The notes below the pieces were generated by a model. That model was not told the DNA's origin. It did not search any database and saw nothing but the letters and a program-made list of their open reading frames with translations. DNA of 64,000 nt, taken from Paracoccaceae bacterium (GTDB taxonomy: Bacteria; Pseudomonadota; Alphaproteobacteria; Rhodobacterales; Rhodobacteraceae). The position numbers were made by a program, and so were the translations under genes. The DNA lies in NCBI GenBank assembly GCA_021648225.1, contig JAKITE010000002.1:5391-69390 (forward strand), given 5' to 3'. This document shows, in pieces, positions 51,162-61,161 of this stretch; the first letter of the stretch is position 1, and each line of letters begins with the position of its first letter.

Positions 51162-52322
51162 ATGACATTTACCAACCTGCCATCATCATGGATGAGTGAC
51201 GAACATAGAATGGTCGATGAAATGACCTTTCAGTTCATCACTGAAAAATGGCAGCCAAGGTTTGAAAAATGGCGCAAGCAGGGCATGATGGACCGCGACG
51301 CATGGTTTGAGGCCGGCGAAATGGGCCTGCTTTGTGCATCCATCCCCGAGGAATACGGCGGCGCTGGGGGCGATTTTGGCTTTGATGCCGCGATATATAT
51401 GGCGGCTGGCCGCGCGAATTACGCCAGCTGGGGCAACGGCATCCATTCCGGCATTGTCGCCCATTATATTCTGGCCTATGGCACCGAAGACCAAAAACAA
51501 CGCTGGCTGCCCAAAATGGCCACCGGAGAATTGGTGGCCGCCTTGGCAATGACCGAACCATCCTGCGGGTCGGACCTGCAAAACCTCAAAACCCGCGCCG
51601 TCAAAACCGGCAATAGCTATGTTATGAACGGGGCCAAGACCTTTATTACCAACGGCCAAGTGGCTGATCTGATACTGGTGGCCTGCAAAACCGACCCGTC
51701 AGAAAAATCCAAAGGGGTTTCGTTGATGATGGTCGAGGCGGCAGATGCCGAGGGCAAGGGTTTCACCCGTGGGCGTAATCTTGATAAAATCGGTCTGAAA
51801 ATGGCGGATACATCCGAACTGTTTTTCGAAGACCTCGAAATCCGCCCTGATAACCTGTTGGGGGCTGAAGAGGGCCAAGGTTTTTACCAGATGATGCAGC
51901 AATTACCGCAAGAACGCCTGATCATCGGCTGCGGCGCCGTGGGTGCCATGGAGGCCGCCGTAACCCAAACCATTGAATATTGCAAAACCCGCGAAGCATT
52001 TGGCGGTCCGCTTACCCAGTTTCAAAACACCCGTTTCAAGCTGGCCGAATGCAAAACCAACACCGTGGTGGCGCGCTGTTTTCTGGATAGCTGCATCGAC
52101 GCCCTTATCAAAGGCAATCTGGATGTCGAAACCGCTGCGATGAACAAATACTGGTTGTCGGACCTGCAAGGGCAAGTGCTGGATGAATGCCTGCAACTGT
52201 TTGGCGGCTATGGCTATATGATGGAATATCCGATTGCCGAAATGTGGACAGATGCCCGTGTGCAGCGTATTTATGGCGGCACAAACGAGATCATGAAAGA
52301 CCTGATCGCGAGGGGGTTGTGA
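51162..52322 (+). CDS. Acyl-CoA dehydrogenase
   Basis: 386 aa with the [19 protein letters not shown] and IYGGTNEIM motifs. Confidence 0.88.
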   Translation: MTFTNLPSSWMSDEHRMVDEMTFQFITEKWQPRFEKWRKQGMMDRDAWFEAGEMGLLCASIPEEYGGAGGDFGFDAAIYMAAGRANYASWGNGIHSGIVAHYILAYGTEDQKQRWLPKMATGELVAALAMTEPSCGSDLQNLKTRAVKTGNSYVMNGAKTFITNGQVADLILVACKTDPSEKSKGVSLMMVEAADAEGKGFTRGRNLDKIGLKMADTSELFFEDLEIRPDNLLGAEEGQGFYQMMQQLPQERLIIGCGAVGAMEAAVTQTIEYCKTREAFGGPLTQFQNTRFKLAECKTNTVVARCFLDSCIDALIKGNLDVETAAMNKYWLSDLQGQVLDECLQLFGGYGYMMEYPIAEMWTDARVQRIYGGTNEIMKDLIARGL

Positions 52323-52602
52323 TGGGTTCCGGATTAAAACTATTATGCCTCCGGCGGGAGTATTTAAGCAACAAAGAAAAAGATGCGCCCCTGTCGTTAA
52401 ACAGGAGCGGCTTGGTCTTCTTCGTTGACGGCCATCGGCTCTCCAGCCTGTGCCGCGAGGCAAACATAGAAAAATTTTGGTTAACAAACCGTTACTTACC
52501 TTCTTTGTTTCTTAAATACTCAAATCCCGCCCGATCCGCCAATTGCCCAACGGGAACCCCCCCTACGATTTAATGCAGGGCCACCCTATCTAGGAGAATA
52601 CC

Positions 52603-53814
52603 ATGAACGAAGCCTATATATATGACGCAGTGCGCTCCCCGCGCGGCAAAGGCCGCAAAGACGGCGCGCTAAACGAGGTCACATCCGTGCGCCTTTCCGC
52701 TGATGTGCTGAACGCATTGGCCGAGCGTAATAATCTTGATACCGAAGCGGTGGAAGACGTGATTTGGGGCAATGTCACCCAAGTGATGGAACAAGGCGGC
52801 TGTCTGGCGCGCTCGGCCGTTTTGCTGTCAAATTACGCTGAAAGCGTGCCGGGCCTGTCGATCAACCGGTTTTGCGCGTCAGGTATGGAGGCCACCAATA
52901 TAGGTGCCATGCAAATTCGCGGTGGTGCCGGGCAGGCTTATGTGACCGGCGGCGTTGAAATGATGGGCCGCGTGCCGATGGGTTCTGACGGTGCTGCCAT
53001 TGCGGTGGACCCTGAACTGGCCATGAAAGTCTATTTTGTGCCCCAAGGTATTTCGGCGGATATCATCGCCACTGAATACGGGTTTTCGCGTGAGGATGTG
53101 GATGCCTATGCCATGGAAAGCCAGATCCGTTCGGCCACGGCCATCAAGGAAGGCCGGTTTGACAAATCCCTGATCACCATCAAGGATCGAAATGGATTAA
53201 CCATTCTGGATCATGACGAATTCCCCCGCCCCGGCACCGATATGCAATCTTTGGGCGGGCTAAAAGCCGCGTTCAAAGACATTGGCGAAAACATGCCCGG
53301 ATTTGACGCCGTGGCAATGTTGAAATACCCGCATCTGGAGCGCATAAACCACGTGCATCACGCAGGCAATTCATCAGGTATTGTTGACGGAGCCGCCGCC
53401 ATTCTGGTTGGCTCAAAAGAATTTGGCGAAAAATACGGCCTGAAACCCCGCGCCCGCATTCGCGCGGCTGCCAAAATCGGGTCGGACCCGACCATCAACC
53501 TGACCGGTCCGGTTCCCGTTACCGAAAAAATCCTTGCCGAAGCTGGCATGAACATCAATGACATCGACCTGTTCGAGGTTAACGAGGCATTTGCCGCAGT
53601 TGTGTTGCGCTTCATGCAGGCCTTCAACGTCGATCATTCCAAGGTTAACGTCAACGGCGGCGCCATCAGCCTTGGCCACCCGCTGGGGGCCACGGGTGCG
53701 ATGATCATCGGCACCGCACTGGACGAGCTGGAGCGCAGCGGCAAAGGCACCGCCTTGGCCACGTTATGCGTGGCATCCGGCATGGGCGCGGCAACCATTA
53801 TCGAAAGAATATAA
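52603..53814 (+). CDS. fadA: Acetyl-CoA C-acyltransferase (thiolase)
   Basis: 403 aa with NRFCASGME (active-site Cys), [17 protein letters not shown] and CVASGMG. Confidence 0.9.
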   Translation: MNEAYIYDAVRSPRGKGRKDGALNEVTSVRLSADVLNALAERNNLDTEAVEDVIWGNVTQVMEQGGCLARSAVLLSNYAESVPGLSINRFCASGMEATNIGAMQIRGGAGQAYVTGGVEMMGRVPMGSDGAAIAVDPELAMKVYFVPQGISADIIATEYGFSREDVDAYAMESQIRSATAIKEGRFDKSLITIKDRNGLTILDHDEFPRPGTDMQSLGGLKAAFKDIGENMPGFDAVAMLKYPHLERINHVHHAGNSSGIVDGAAAILVGSKEFGEKYGLKPRARIRAAAKIGSDPTINLTGPVPVTEKILAEAGMNINDIDLFEVNEAFAAVVLRFMQAFNVDHSKVNVNGGAISLGHPLGATGAMIIGTALDELERSGKGTALATLCVASGMGAATIIERI

Positions 53815-53815
53815 C

Positions 53816-56017
53816 ATGACCCAACAATTTTTCTATGATCTAGACAATGACGGCGTAGCCACCATTACCTGGAACCAGCCAGAAACCAGCTTGAATGTAA
53901 TGACAGCCGAGGGCTTTCGGCAGCTTAACGGATTTGTTGACGATGCGCTGGCGGATGATGCCGTTAAGGGCGTGATTATTACCTCTGCTAAAAATGATTT
54001 TGCGGGCGGCATGGACCTGAAAGTCTTGGCTAAAATGCGTGAAGACGCGGGCGATGATCCCGCGCAGGGCGTGTTTGACGGGGTGATGGCCATCCATCAA
54101 ATTCTGCGCAAAATTGAACGCGCCGGTATGGACCCGAAAACCAATAAAGGCGGTAAACCTTTTGCTTGGGCCAGCCCCGGCACCAGTGCCGGTATTGGCA
54201 TGGAAATCGCGCTGGCTTGTCATCGTCGCATTGTTGCCGATAATCCAAAAGCCAAGCTGGGCCTGCCCGAAATTCTGGTGGGTATTTTCCCCGGATCAGG
54301 CGGCACCACGCGGCTGGTTCGCATGATGGGGCCAATGATGGCCGCGCCGCATTTGCTGGAGGGCAAAATGCTGCCCCCTGCCAAATCAAAGGCTGCTGGC
54401 GTGATTGACGAAGTGGTTCCGGCGGACCAATTGCAGGCCCGCGCCAAGGAATGGGTTTTGAATGCCACCGACAAAGACATCCTGAAACCATGGGATGCCA
54501 AGGGTTATAAAATGCCCGGCGGCGCGCCTTATCACCCTGCCGGTTTCATGACCTTTGTCGGCGCAGCTGCCATGGTGCATGGCCGCACCCAAGGCGTGTA
54601 TCCCGCCGCCAAAGCCATGCTTTCCGCCATTTACGAGGGCGCTCTGGTGCCCTTTGATACCGCCATCCGGATCGAGGCGCGCTGGTTTACCTCGGTGATG
54701 CTTAACCCGTCATCAGCCGCAATGATCCGTTCTATATTTGTCAATAAAGGCGCGTTGGAAAAAGGTGCGGTGCGGCCTAAATCCGTGCCCGATCAAAGCG
54801 TTAAAAAACTCGGCATCATGGGTGCGGGCATGATGGGCGCCGGCATTGCCATTGTTTCGGCCATGGCGGGGATCGAGGTTGTTTTGATCGACCAGACCCA
54901 GGAAAGCGCTGACAAAGGCCGCGATTATGTCGAGGGGTATCTTGACAAAGGTATCAAGCGCAAAAAGACCACAGCCGAGAAAAAAGCGGCCGTGATGGCG
55001 CTGATCACCGCCACCACCGATTATAACGCGCTCAAAGGCGCGGACCTGATTGTCGAGGCGGTGTTCGAGGACGTAGCGGTTAAAGCCGAAGTCACCAAAA
55101 AGGTTCAAGCCGTCGTTGGGCCGGAGTGCATTTTTGCCACCAATACCTCTACCCTGCCAATTTCCGAGCTGGCCAAAGCCAGCAATAATGCGGAGCAATT
55201 CATCGGCATCCATTTTTTCAGCCCCGTTGAGCGCATGGCTTTGGTAGAGATCATCAAAGGCAAAAAAACCGGAGACCGCGCCGTGGCCAAGGCGCTGGAT
55301 TTTGTGCGCCAAATTCGCAAAACCCCGATTGTGGTCAATGACGCGCGGTTCTTTTATGCCAATCGCTGCATCATCCCCTATATCAACGAGGGCCTGCGTA
55401 TGGTGCGTGAAGGCGTTATCCCTGCCACGATTGAAAATGCTGCCAAACAGCTTGGTTTTCCGCTGGGGCCTTTGCAATTAAACGATGAAACCTCGATTGA
55501 TCTGGGCGTTAAAATTGCCAAAGCCACCAAGCTGGCCATGGGGGACGCCTATGACAATAGCGCCGACGAAGTGCTGTTCAAACTGTTTGACGAGGGCCGT
55601 CTGGGGCGCAAATCAAACGCCGGTTTTTATGATTATGATGAAAAAGGCAAGCGCACCGGATTATGGGGTGGCTTGGCCAAAAACTGGCCGGTTGCTGCCA
55701 AACAACCGGAATTTATCGACGTGCAACACCGGCTTGCCATGGTGCAAACCCTTGAGGCCGTGCGCGCCTATGAGCAGGGCGTGCTGGAAGACATCCGCGA
55801 GGGTGACGTCGGCGCCATTCTTGGCTGGGGCTTTATGCCATGGTCGGGCGGGCCGTTTAGCTGGCTGGATATTCTGGGCGCTGACAAAGCGGTCGAGATT
55901 TGCGACAGCCTGACGGAACGTTTTGGCGAACGCTTTACTGCACCGGATATTTTGCGTGATCTGGCCAAAGACAATCAGGGGTTCTATGAACGGGTTGCCA
56001 AAAGCGTTGCTGCCTGA
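53816..56017 (+). CDS. fadB: Multifunctional enoyl-CoA hydratase / 3-hydroxyacyl-CoA dehydrogenase
   Basis: 733 aa with an N-terminal crotonase fold (DFAGGMDL), a central Rossmann motif ([13 protein letters not shown]) and the HFFSPV motif. Confidence 0.9.
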   Translation: MTQQFFYDLDNDGVATITWNQPETSLNVMTAEGFRQLNGFVDDALADDAVKGVIITSAKNDFAGGMDLKVLAKMREDAGDDPAQGVFDGVMAIHQILRKIERAGMDPKTNKGGKPFAWASPGTSAGIGMEIALACHRRIVADNPKAKLGLPEILVGIFPGSGGTTRLVRMMGPMMAAPHLLEGKMLPPAKSKAAGVIDEVVPADQLQARAKEWVLNATDKDILKPWDAKGYKMPGGAPYHPAGFMTFVGAAAMVHGRTQGVYPAAKAMLSAIYEGALVPFDTAIRIEARWFTSVMLNPSSAAMIRSIFVNKGALEKGAVRPKSVPDQSVKKLGIMGAGMMGAGIAIVSAMAGIEVVLIDQTQESADKGRDYVEGYLDKGIKRKKTTAEKKAAVMALITATTDYNALKGADLIVEAVFEDVAVKAEVTKKVQAVVGPECIFATNTSTLPISELAKASNNAEQFIGIHFFSPVERMALVEIIKGKKTGDRAVAKALDFVRQIRKTPIVVNDARFFYANRCIIPYINEGLRMVREGVIPATIENAAKQLGFPLGPLQLNDETSIDLGVKIAKATKLAMGDAYDNSADEVLFKLFDEGRLGRKSNAGFYDYDEKGKRTGLWGGLAKNWPVAAKQPEFIDVQHRLAMVQTLEAVRAYEQGVLEDIREGDVGAILGWGFMPWSGGPFSWLDILGADKAVEICDSLTERFGERFTAPDILRDLAKDNQGFYERVAKSVAA

Positions 56018-56034
56018 AACCTGCGGCCCCGTCT

Positions 56035-56056
56035 TGCGACGGGGCCAAAACAAAAC
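56035..56056 (+). terminator. Perfect 9-bp GC hairpin after fadB (no U-tract)
   Basis: GGCCCCGTC-ttgc-GACGGGGCC lies 18 nt after the stop and is followed by AAAACAAAAC. Confidence 0.4.
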
Positions 56057-56113
56057 CCTTTTAATGCACCTGAAAATCGTCAACACTTGACCAAAAATTC
56101 AGGGAACCATTAA

Positions 56114-56353
56114 ATGCAAGCCACCATACAGGAATTTCCGCTTCGCGTTAGCGAAATCATTGATCATACGGCAGTGGTGCAGCGATATCTGAAAGAAAAC
56201 CACGATGCGGTGGATCCGCAGGGATGGTTTGACACCGGCGATATTGTTTTTATGCATGAAATCCCCCATACGGCGACTGGCAAAATATCCAGACTTCTGT
56301 TACGCAAAAAAAGCTGGCAGATCAAGGATGTGCGCTGCCCTTGTAACCGGTGA
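56114..56353 (+). pseudogene. Collapsed remnant of an acyl-CoA synthetase (AMP-binding enzyme) C-terminus
   Basis: The 79-aa ORF contains GWFDTGD (the A8-type GWxxTGD motif) followed almost directly by IPHTATGKISRLLLRKK (the A10-type PxTxxGKIxR motif). The roughly 100 residues that normally separate them, and the whole N-terminal domain, are missing. Confidence 0.6.
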
Positions 56354-56365
56354 AAGAATTTTGAC

Positions 56366-57337
56366 ATGACCGCGATCGACAAATATATCCGGCTAGAAGC
56401 CATCGGCCAATGGCGCCCTGCCCCTGATGAACCAACCCAAGAAGTCGTGGTTTCATTTGGCAATGCAACCCTGCAATTGACCAGCCTTGAGGATACTCCG
56501 CTAACCCATTGGGCCTTGCGGGCGGTAAAACGCATCGGGTCAACAGGCAATGCCATTATATATTCGACCGATAGCCAAGGCGATGAAACCCTGTTGATCG
56601 ACGATGCTGAAATGATCCGCGCCATCACCGCGGTCACCCGTGAAGTCGGGCAGCAAGAACCCAAAAAGAAAAGCCGCAAAAAATTTGTGTGGCTGGGTTT
56701 TCTGATTGTTATTCTGGGTTTGCTTAGCCAGTCTCCGCCGCTTATTTATGCATGGGCGACAAAGCTGACATCACCGCTGCGGTTGCAGAATTTTTCTAAA
56801 GAAATGCAAACCCAACTGTTTCCTGATAATGATTTTGCCTGCACCGATAGCCGCGCCAGCCGCGCGCTTGCAGATTTTTTACAAGCCATGTTTGATGCCT
56901 ATCCGCCACATGTTTTTGTAGTGAATCAAAGCAGCATACAATCATATGGTCTAGCCAATACATTGATCTACCTGCCGTTAGACACAGTTTTGGCCGCAAA
57001 AAACCCTGAAACACTGGCGGCTGAAATTGCCTTGAATTACGCCATGTCAGACCGGCGCGCCCTGCTGTATCAAACCCTTGAAACCGCAGGGCCATTGGCT
57101 GCCATCCAGCATATTTTTGGCAAAAACGTCACGCCGGAATTGCCAATCACCAATGCCAGCCCCAATGGCGAAGACTTTGTCGCGGCGCGCGACCGGCTGC
57201 AAAACTTGCGTATTGATACCACACCGCTTCAGGAATTGGCAGCGCAGCACGGCTTTGGCCTGCCGCTTAATACCGCCACACCCGAGGCTTTTGAACCCGA
57301 CAGCTTTGCCACGCTGCAACAATATTGCCGGATTTAA
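56366..57337 (+). CDS. Single-pass membrane protein with M48-peptidase-like region lacking the HExxH zinc site
   Basis: 323 aa. A basic stretch (KKKSRKKF) precedes the TM helix (VWLGFLIVILGLL). The segment VFVVNQSSIQSYGLANTLIYLPLDTVLAAKNPETLAAEIALNYAM aligns by eye to the M48 consensus ...NAFA..GG.I.....L......E.LAAVLAHE.GH, with H/E/H replaced by L/N/M. Confidence 0.5.
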   Translation: MTAIDKYIRLEAIGQWRPAPDEPTQEVVVSFGNATLQLTSLEDTPLTHWALRAVKRIGSTGNAIIYSTDSQGDETLLIDDAEMIRAITAVTREVGQQEPKKKSRKKFVWLGFLIVILGLLSQSPPLIYAWATKLTSPLRLQNFSKEMQTQLFPDNDFACTDSRASRALADFLQAMFDAYPPHVFVVNQSSIQSYGLANTLIYLPLDTVLAAKNPETLAAEIALNYAMSDRRALLYQTLETAGPLAAIQHIFGKNVTPELPITNASPNGEDFVAARDRLQNLRIDTTPLQELAAQHGFGLPLNTATPEAFEPDSFATLQQYCRI

Positions 57338-57344
57338 CAACAGG

Positions 57345-57372
57345 TTGACATATTCGTATTTTTAGATATCTT
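57345..57372 (+). promoter_or_regulatory. Candidate sigma70 promoter for the DUF2892 gene
   Basis: TTGACA (57345-57350), a 16-nt spacer, then TATCTT (57367-57372). Confidence 0.4.
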
Positions 57373-57410
57373 GATCAAAACCTGTAAACCTTATGTATTG
57401 GACCTGAAAA

Positions 57411-57614
57411 ATGACCGCACAACGTTTAACCATGACCATCGCCGGCGCATTTGTGCTGGTCAGCCTGTTTATGGGCCATATCAACGGCCAGTTTGACCTG
57501 ACCAAATTCGGCTGGTCTTGGATGTTGTTATTTGTTGGCGCCAACCTGTTTCAATCGGGCCTAACCAAATTTTGCCTGATGACCAATATTTTGCGTAAAT
57601 TCGGCGCTAAATAA
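57411..57614 (+). CDS. DUF2892 (YgaP-like) small membrane protein
   Basis: 67 aa with two TM helices and the NLFQSGLTKFC motif typical of DUF2892. Confidence 0.7.
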   Translation: MTAQRLTMTIAGAFVLVSLFMGHINGQFDLTKFGWSWMLLFVGANLFQSGLTKFCLMTNILRKFGAK

Positions 57615-57616
57615 CC

Positions 57617-59215
57617 CTAAACATCCTCTAGAATATGGTCAGCAGCCTTTTCGCCAACCATAATCGACGGTGCATTCAGATTGCCATTGGTTATGCGCGG
57701 AAAGATCGAGCTATCCGCAAGGCGCAGCCGCTCAACCCCGATCACTTTGCAGGCCGGATCAACCACCGCCATCGGGTCATCGCGCTGGCCCATGCGGGCT
57801 GTACCACACGGGTGAAACGCGCTTTCCGCATGTTGGCGGATAAACCCGTCCAGCTCTGAATCGCTTTGCAGATATTTCCCGGGCTGGATTTCCGTGCCTG
57901 CAAATTCCGCAAAGGCTTTTTGGCCAAAAATCTGACGCGTTAGCCGGATGCAATGGCGAAACTCGGCCCAGTCATCATCGTGGCTCATGTAATTGAACCG
58001 AATGTTTGGCGCGACATTCGGGTCGCTACTGGCCAGCGTCACCGCACCACGGGATTTGGAGCGCATCGGCCCGACATGGGCCTGAAACCCGTGGCCCTCA
58101 GCGGCGATTTTACCGTCATAACGCACCGCAATCGGGATGAAATGAAACTGGATATCGGGGTAATCCGCTGCACCAGATCGTAAAAATGCAGCACTTTCAA
58201 ACTGGTTAGAGGTGCCAAGACCGGTTTTTTGAAACAGCCATTCAGCACCGATACGCGCCTTTGAAATCAGGTTCCAATAGCGATACAGCGTGATCGGTTT
58301 CAGGCTGGCCTGCTGGATATACAGCTCCAGATGGTCTTGCAGATTTTGCCCCACACCACCCCGATCAGCCAGCACCGGAATGCCGTGTTTGGCCAGATGT
58401 GCCGCTGGGCCAATGCCCGACAACATCAGGATTTTGGGCGAGTTTATCGAGGATGCGGAGATAACCACTTCGCGCCTAGCATGAATAATTTCAATGCGGC
58501 CTTTGCGTTCAACTTCCACCCCGATTGCGCTACCGTTTTCAATCAAAACCTTGCGAACAAAACAGCGTAACAGCTTGCAATTACGGCGTTTTAGCGCAGG
58601 CCGGATATAGGCATTGGCGGTGGACCAACGCCGGCCTTTCCAAACCGTCTGCTCCATCGGACCAAAGCCCTCTTGGTGTTCACCGTTATAATCCTGCGTA
58701 AGCGGAAAGCCCATTTCGGCCCCAGCTTTCACAAAAGCAGAATGCAACGGGTTGTCGCGCGGGCCTCGGGTGACATGCACAGGGCCGTCATTACCGCGCC
58801 AATCCGATTGGCCGCCATGCCATGTTTCCATACGCTTGAAATAGGGCAAAACCGACGCATAATCCCAGCCGGTCGCGCCCATTCTGGCCCAATGGTCATA
58901 ATCGCCAGCATTGCCGCGCACATAAACCATGCCGTTAATACTGCTGGACCCGCCAACAACCTTGCCACGCGGGGTAACCAACCGCCTGCCCCCCAAGTGC
59001 GGTTCGGGTTGGGTTTTGAATCCCCAGTCATAGCGTTTCATGTTCATCGGATAAGAAAGCGCCGCTGGCATCTGGATAAACGGCCCCAGATCAGAGCCGC
59101 CATATTCCAGCACCAAAACCGAATATTTACCGCTTTCGCCAAGCCGATAGGCCAGCGCCGCACCAGCAGAACCGGACCCGATGATAACAAAATCGGCGCT
59201 TTTCGTATTGGTCAT
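57617..59215 (-). CDS. betA: Choline dehydrogenase (GMC oxidoreductase)
   Basis: 532 aa from the ATG at 59215, which overlaps the betI stop (ATGA). It has the [21 protein letters not shown] motif and GMC signatures ([23 protein letters not shown]). Confidence 0.88.
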   Translation of the reverse strand: MTNTKSADFVIIGSGSAGAALAYRLGESGKYSVLVLEYGGSDLGPFIQMPAALSYPMNMKRYDWGFKTQPEPHLGGRRLVTPRGKVVGGSSSINGMVYVRGNAGDYDHWARMGATGWDYASVLPYFKRMETWHGGQSDWRGNDGPVHVTRGPRDNPLHSAFVKAGAEMGFPLTQDYNGEHQEGFGPMEQTVWKGRRWSTANAYIRPALKRRNCKLLRCFVRKVLIENGSAIGVEVERKGRIEIIHARREVVISASSINSPKILMLSGIGPAAHLAKHGIPVLADRGGVGQNLQDHLELYIQQASLKPITLYRYWNLISKARIGAEWLFQKTGLGTSNQFESAAFLRSGAADYPDIQFHFIPIAVRYDGKIAAEGHGFQAHVGPMRSKSRGAVTLASSDPNVAPNIRFNYMSHDDDWAEFRHCIRLTRQIFGQKAFAEFAGTEIQPGKYLQSDSELDGFIRQHAESAFHPCGTARMGQRDDPMAVVDPACKVIGVERLRLADSSIFPRITNGNLNAPSIMVGEKAADHILEDV

Positions 59216-59790
59216 GCCACGATGCTCAACCGCCAATACCGGTTGATAATCCCGATCATTTCATCCCGTTGCAAAGCATGGCCCTGCAAGGCGTGACGAA
59301 TATAAAACCCGTCGATCATGGCCCCGACCGCTTTGGCCGTTTCATCTGCCCTGCCCGGTCCGGTCAGCTTTTTCAGATCATACACCAGATTGGAATGTAG
59401 CCGCTTTGTATACACTCGCAACAACCGCGCCGCCCGAACTGAGCTTTGGGCCTGCACATAAAAACTAAGCCATGCGGAAACCGTCGCTTTTGAAAATTGC
59501 GAATCTGCAAAACTGGCATTGATAATGGCTGCCAAACGCTGTTCGGGGCTGTGCGCCTGTTTTAATTCAGCCGCAACCGAAAGCCCGAGCTGCATCAAAA
59601 GATGCCGCATTGCCGCCAATAGCAAATCGTCTTTGCCGCCAAAATAATGATGCGCCAAAGCCGAGCTAACCCCCGCCCGTTTGGCGATTTTACCCATGGT
59701 GACATCCAGCGACCCCAAGGCCCCGATTTCAGCAATGGTTGCCCCGATCAGGGCTTTGCGGCGAATAGGCTCCATTCCGGTTTTAGGCAT
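59212..59790 (-). CDS. betI: TetR-family choline-responsive repressor BetI
   Basis: 192 aa from [23 protein letters not shown] (compare the E. coli BetI N-terminus MPKLGMQ...). It lies directly upstream of betA. Confidence 0.85.
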   Translation of the reverse strand: MPKTGMEPIRRKALIGATIAEIGALGSLDVTMGKIAKRAGVSSALAHHYFGGKDDLLLAAMRHLLMQLGLSVAAELKQAHSPEQRLAAIINASFADSQFSKATVSAWLSFYVQAQSSVRAARLLRVYTKRLHSNLVYDLKKLTGPGRADETAKAVGAMIDGFYIRHALQGHALQRDEMIGIINRYWRLSIVA

Positions 59791-59810
59791 TTTATCCCCA
59801 CAGGTTTTTA

Positions 59811-59830
59811 TTAACTGACCAGTCAATCAA
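59811..59830. promoter_or_regulatory. Candidate BetI operator (imperfect inverted repeat)
   Basis: TTAACTGAC-CA-GTCAATCAA has 7 of 9 arm matches and lies 21 nt upstream of the betI start. It resembles the TTGATTGA...TCAATCAA-type BetI boxes I recall. Confidence 0.45.
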
Positions 59831-59843
59831 AAACGATTTAGGC

Positions 59844-59868
59844 TAAAAAAATACCCGCGTCAAGCGGG
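59844..59868 (-). terminator. Rho-independent terminator downstream of tRNA-Asp copy 1
   Basis: On the minus strand it reads CCCGC-ttgac-GCGGG followed by TATTTTTTT. Confidence 0.7.
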
Positions 59869-59955
59869 AGCCACCCAAAGGCGCGACCGCGCCTCGGCCG
59901 GTCAGGCCGCCCCATCGGAGCGCCTTGCGCGTGAGATCAATAATAATTATAAAAC

Positions 59956-60032
<77 letters not shown>

Positions 60033-60119
60033 GCAGTTAGCGGTTGGATATGCCAAGCCCGCAGCCGCGTCAATGTCAAAAACACCGCAATTACCGGCAT
60101 AACCAAAGTTTCTGGTTTC

Positions 60120-60833
60120 TCACCAGCCAGCCAGAAATTCATTCCAGTCACGGCGTGCAAAACTTACACCGGAACCATATTTTTTGTTAAGATAAACCCC
60201 GAAACCCCGATGATTGTCATTATCAGAAAACTGCGAAACTTTCACCCCCAGGGCAAGCCGGTTTTCAAACCGGTATTCAGCACCAACAACGGTTAGCACA
60301 CCGGCAGTATCGCCAGAAAAACTGACCAAAGCCGCATTCAGGGACAAGCCGTTTTCCATGGTGTATTCTACCGCCCCGCCCAGACCATCAAATGCATACC
60401 CAACGTCTTGAACCCCCTCTTCACGCACCCAGAACAGCTCTGCCGAAACAGGCACTGCATCAAAATCATAGCGGGCCTCTAGCCCGTAATTATTATAAAT
60501 CGAGTTTTCGCCTGCATCGATCCAGTCTTCTGTAACCAAAAACGCCCCCACCCTGAGGTTATCCGAAATCCGGTAAATTCCATGCAGCCCGAATGTCGGT
60601 GCAAAACCGTCCGCATCATATTCAGATATCGAACCATCAATCTGCACCGAAAAATCACCAAACCCCAATTCCACAGAACCGGAAAAAGACCGGGCGACCC
60701 AATCTTGCAAATCATCGCTATTGGTAACATATTTATACTGAATATCCGCGCCTAGAAATTCCTGCGCCGATACTTTGGTTGCAATCTGGGTTGCAGCAAA
60801 TGCCAAAACCATTGCTATTATTCGAGTTTTCAT
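60120..60833 (-). CDS. Outer-membrane beta-barrel (porin-family) protein
   Basis: 237 aa with a signal peptide (MKTRIIAMVLAFAATQIATKVSA/QE), alternating amphipathic beta-strand pattern, Gly/Asp-rich turns and an aromatic C-terminus (...FLAGW). Confidence 0.7.
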   Translation of the reverse strand: MKTRIIAMVLAFAATQIATKVSAQEFLGADIQYKYVTNSDDLQDWVARSFSGSVELGFGDFSVQIDGSISEYDADGFAPTFGLHGIYRISDNLRVGAFLVTEDWIDAGENSIYNNYGLEARYDFDAVPVSAELFWVREEGVQDVGYAFDGLGGAVEYTMENGLSLNAALVSFSGDTAGVLTVVGAEYRFENRLALGVKVSQFSDNDNHRGFGVYLNKKYGSGVSFARRDWNEFLAGW

Positions 60834-60934
60834 TTCACACCAACCAATTTGACTTATGACAATATGCCACCAGCCCCGCTTAGCACAAATTTGCGCAAGC
60901 GTCGAAAACTAATTCCGGTTTTTTGAAAATGTAG

Positions 60935-61011
<77 letters not shown>

Positions 61012-61096
61012 CAGCTACTCGGGCGTTTTAGGGCGCGGCGACGGGGCCGTCAAGCGGTTCTCGCCCTATGTTTTCAAAAGTTTTCAAAAAAACTTC

Positions 61097-61127
61097 TTGA
61101 AGCTCTAGTCCCTTGAGATTCCATAAT
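61097..61127 (+). promoter_or_regulatory. MerR-type promoter (19-nt spacer with internal dyad) upstream of the P-type ATPase
   Basis: TTGAAG (61097-61102), a 19-nt spacer, then CATAAT (61122-61127). The spacer contains CTCTAG-tcc-CTTGAG (arms match 5 of 6). A tandem GTTTTCAAAA x2 lies at 61070-61089. Confidence 0.5.
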
Positions 61128-61161
61128 CCCCCGAATCAAAAATAACCTGCGGGAGCGCAAA

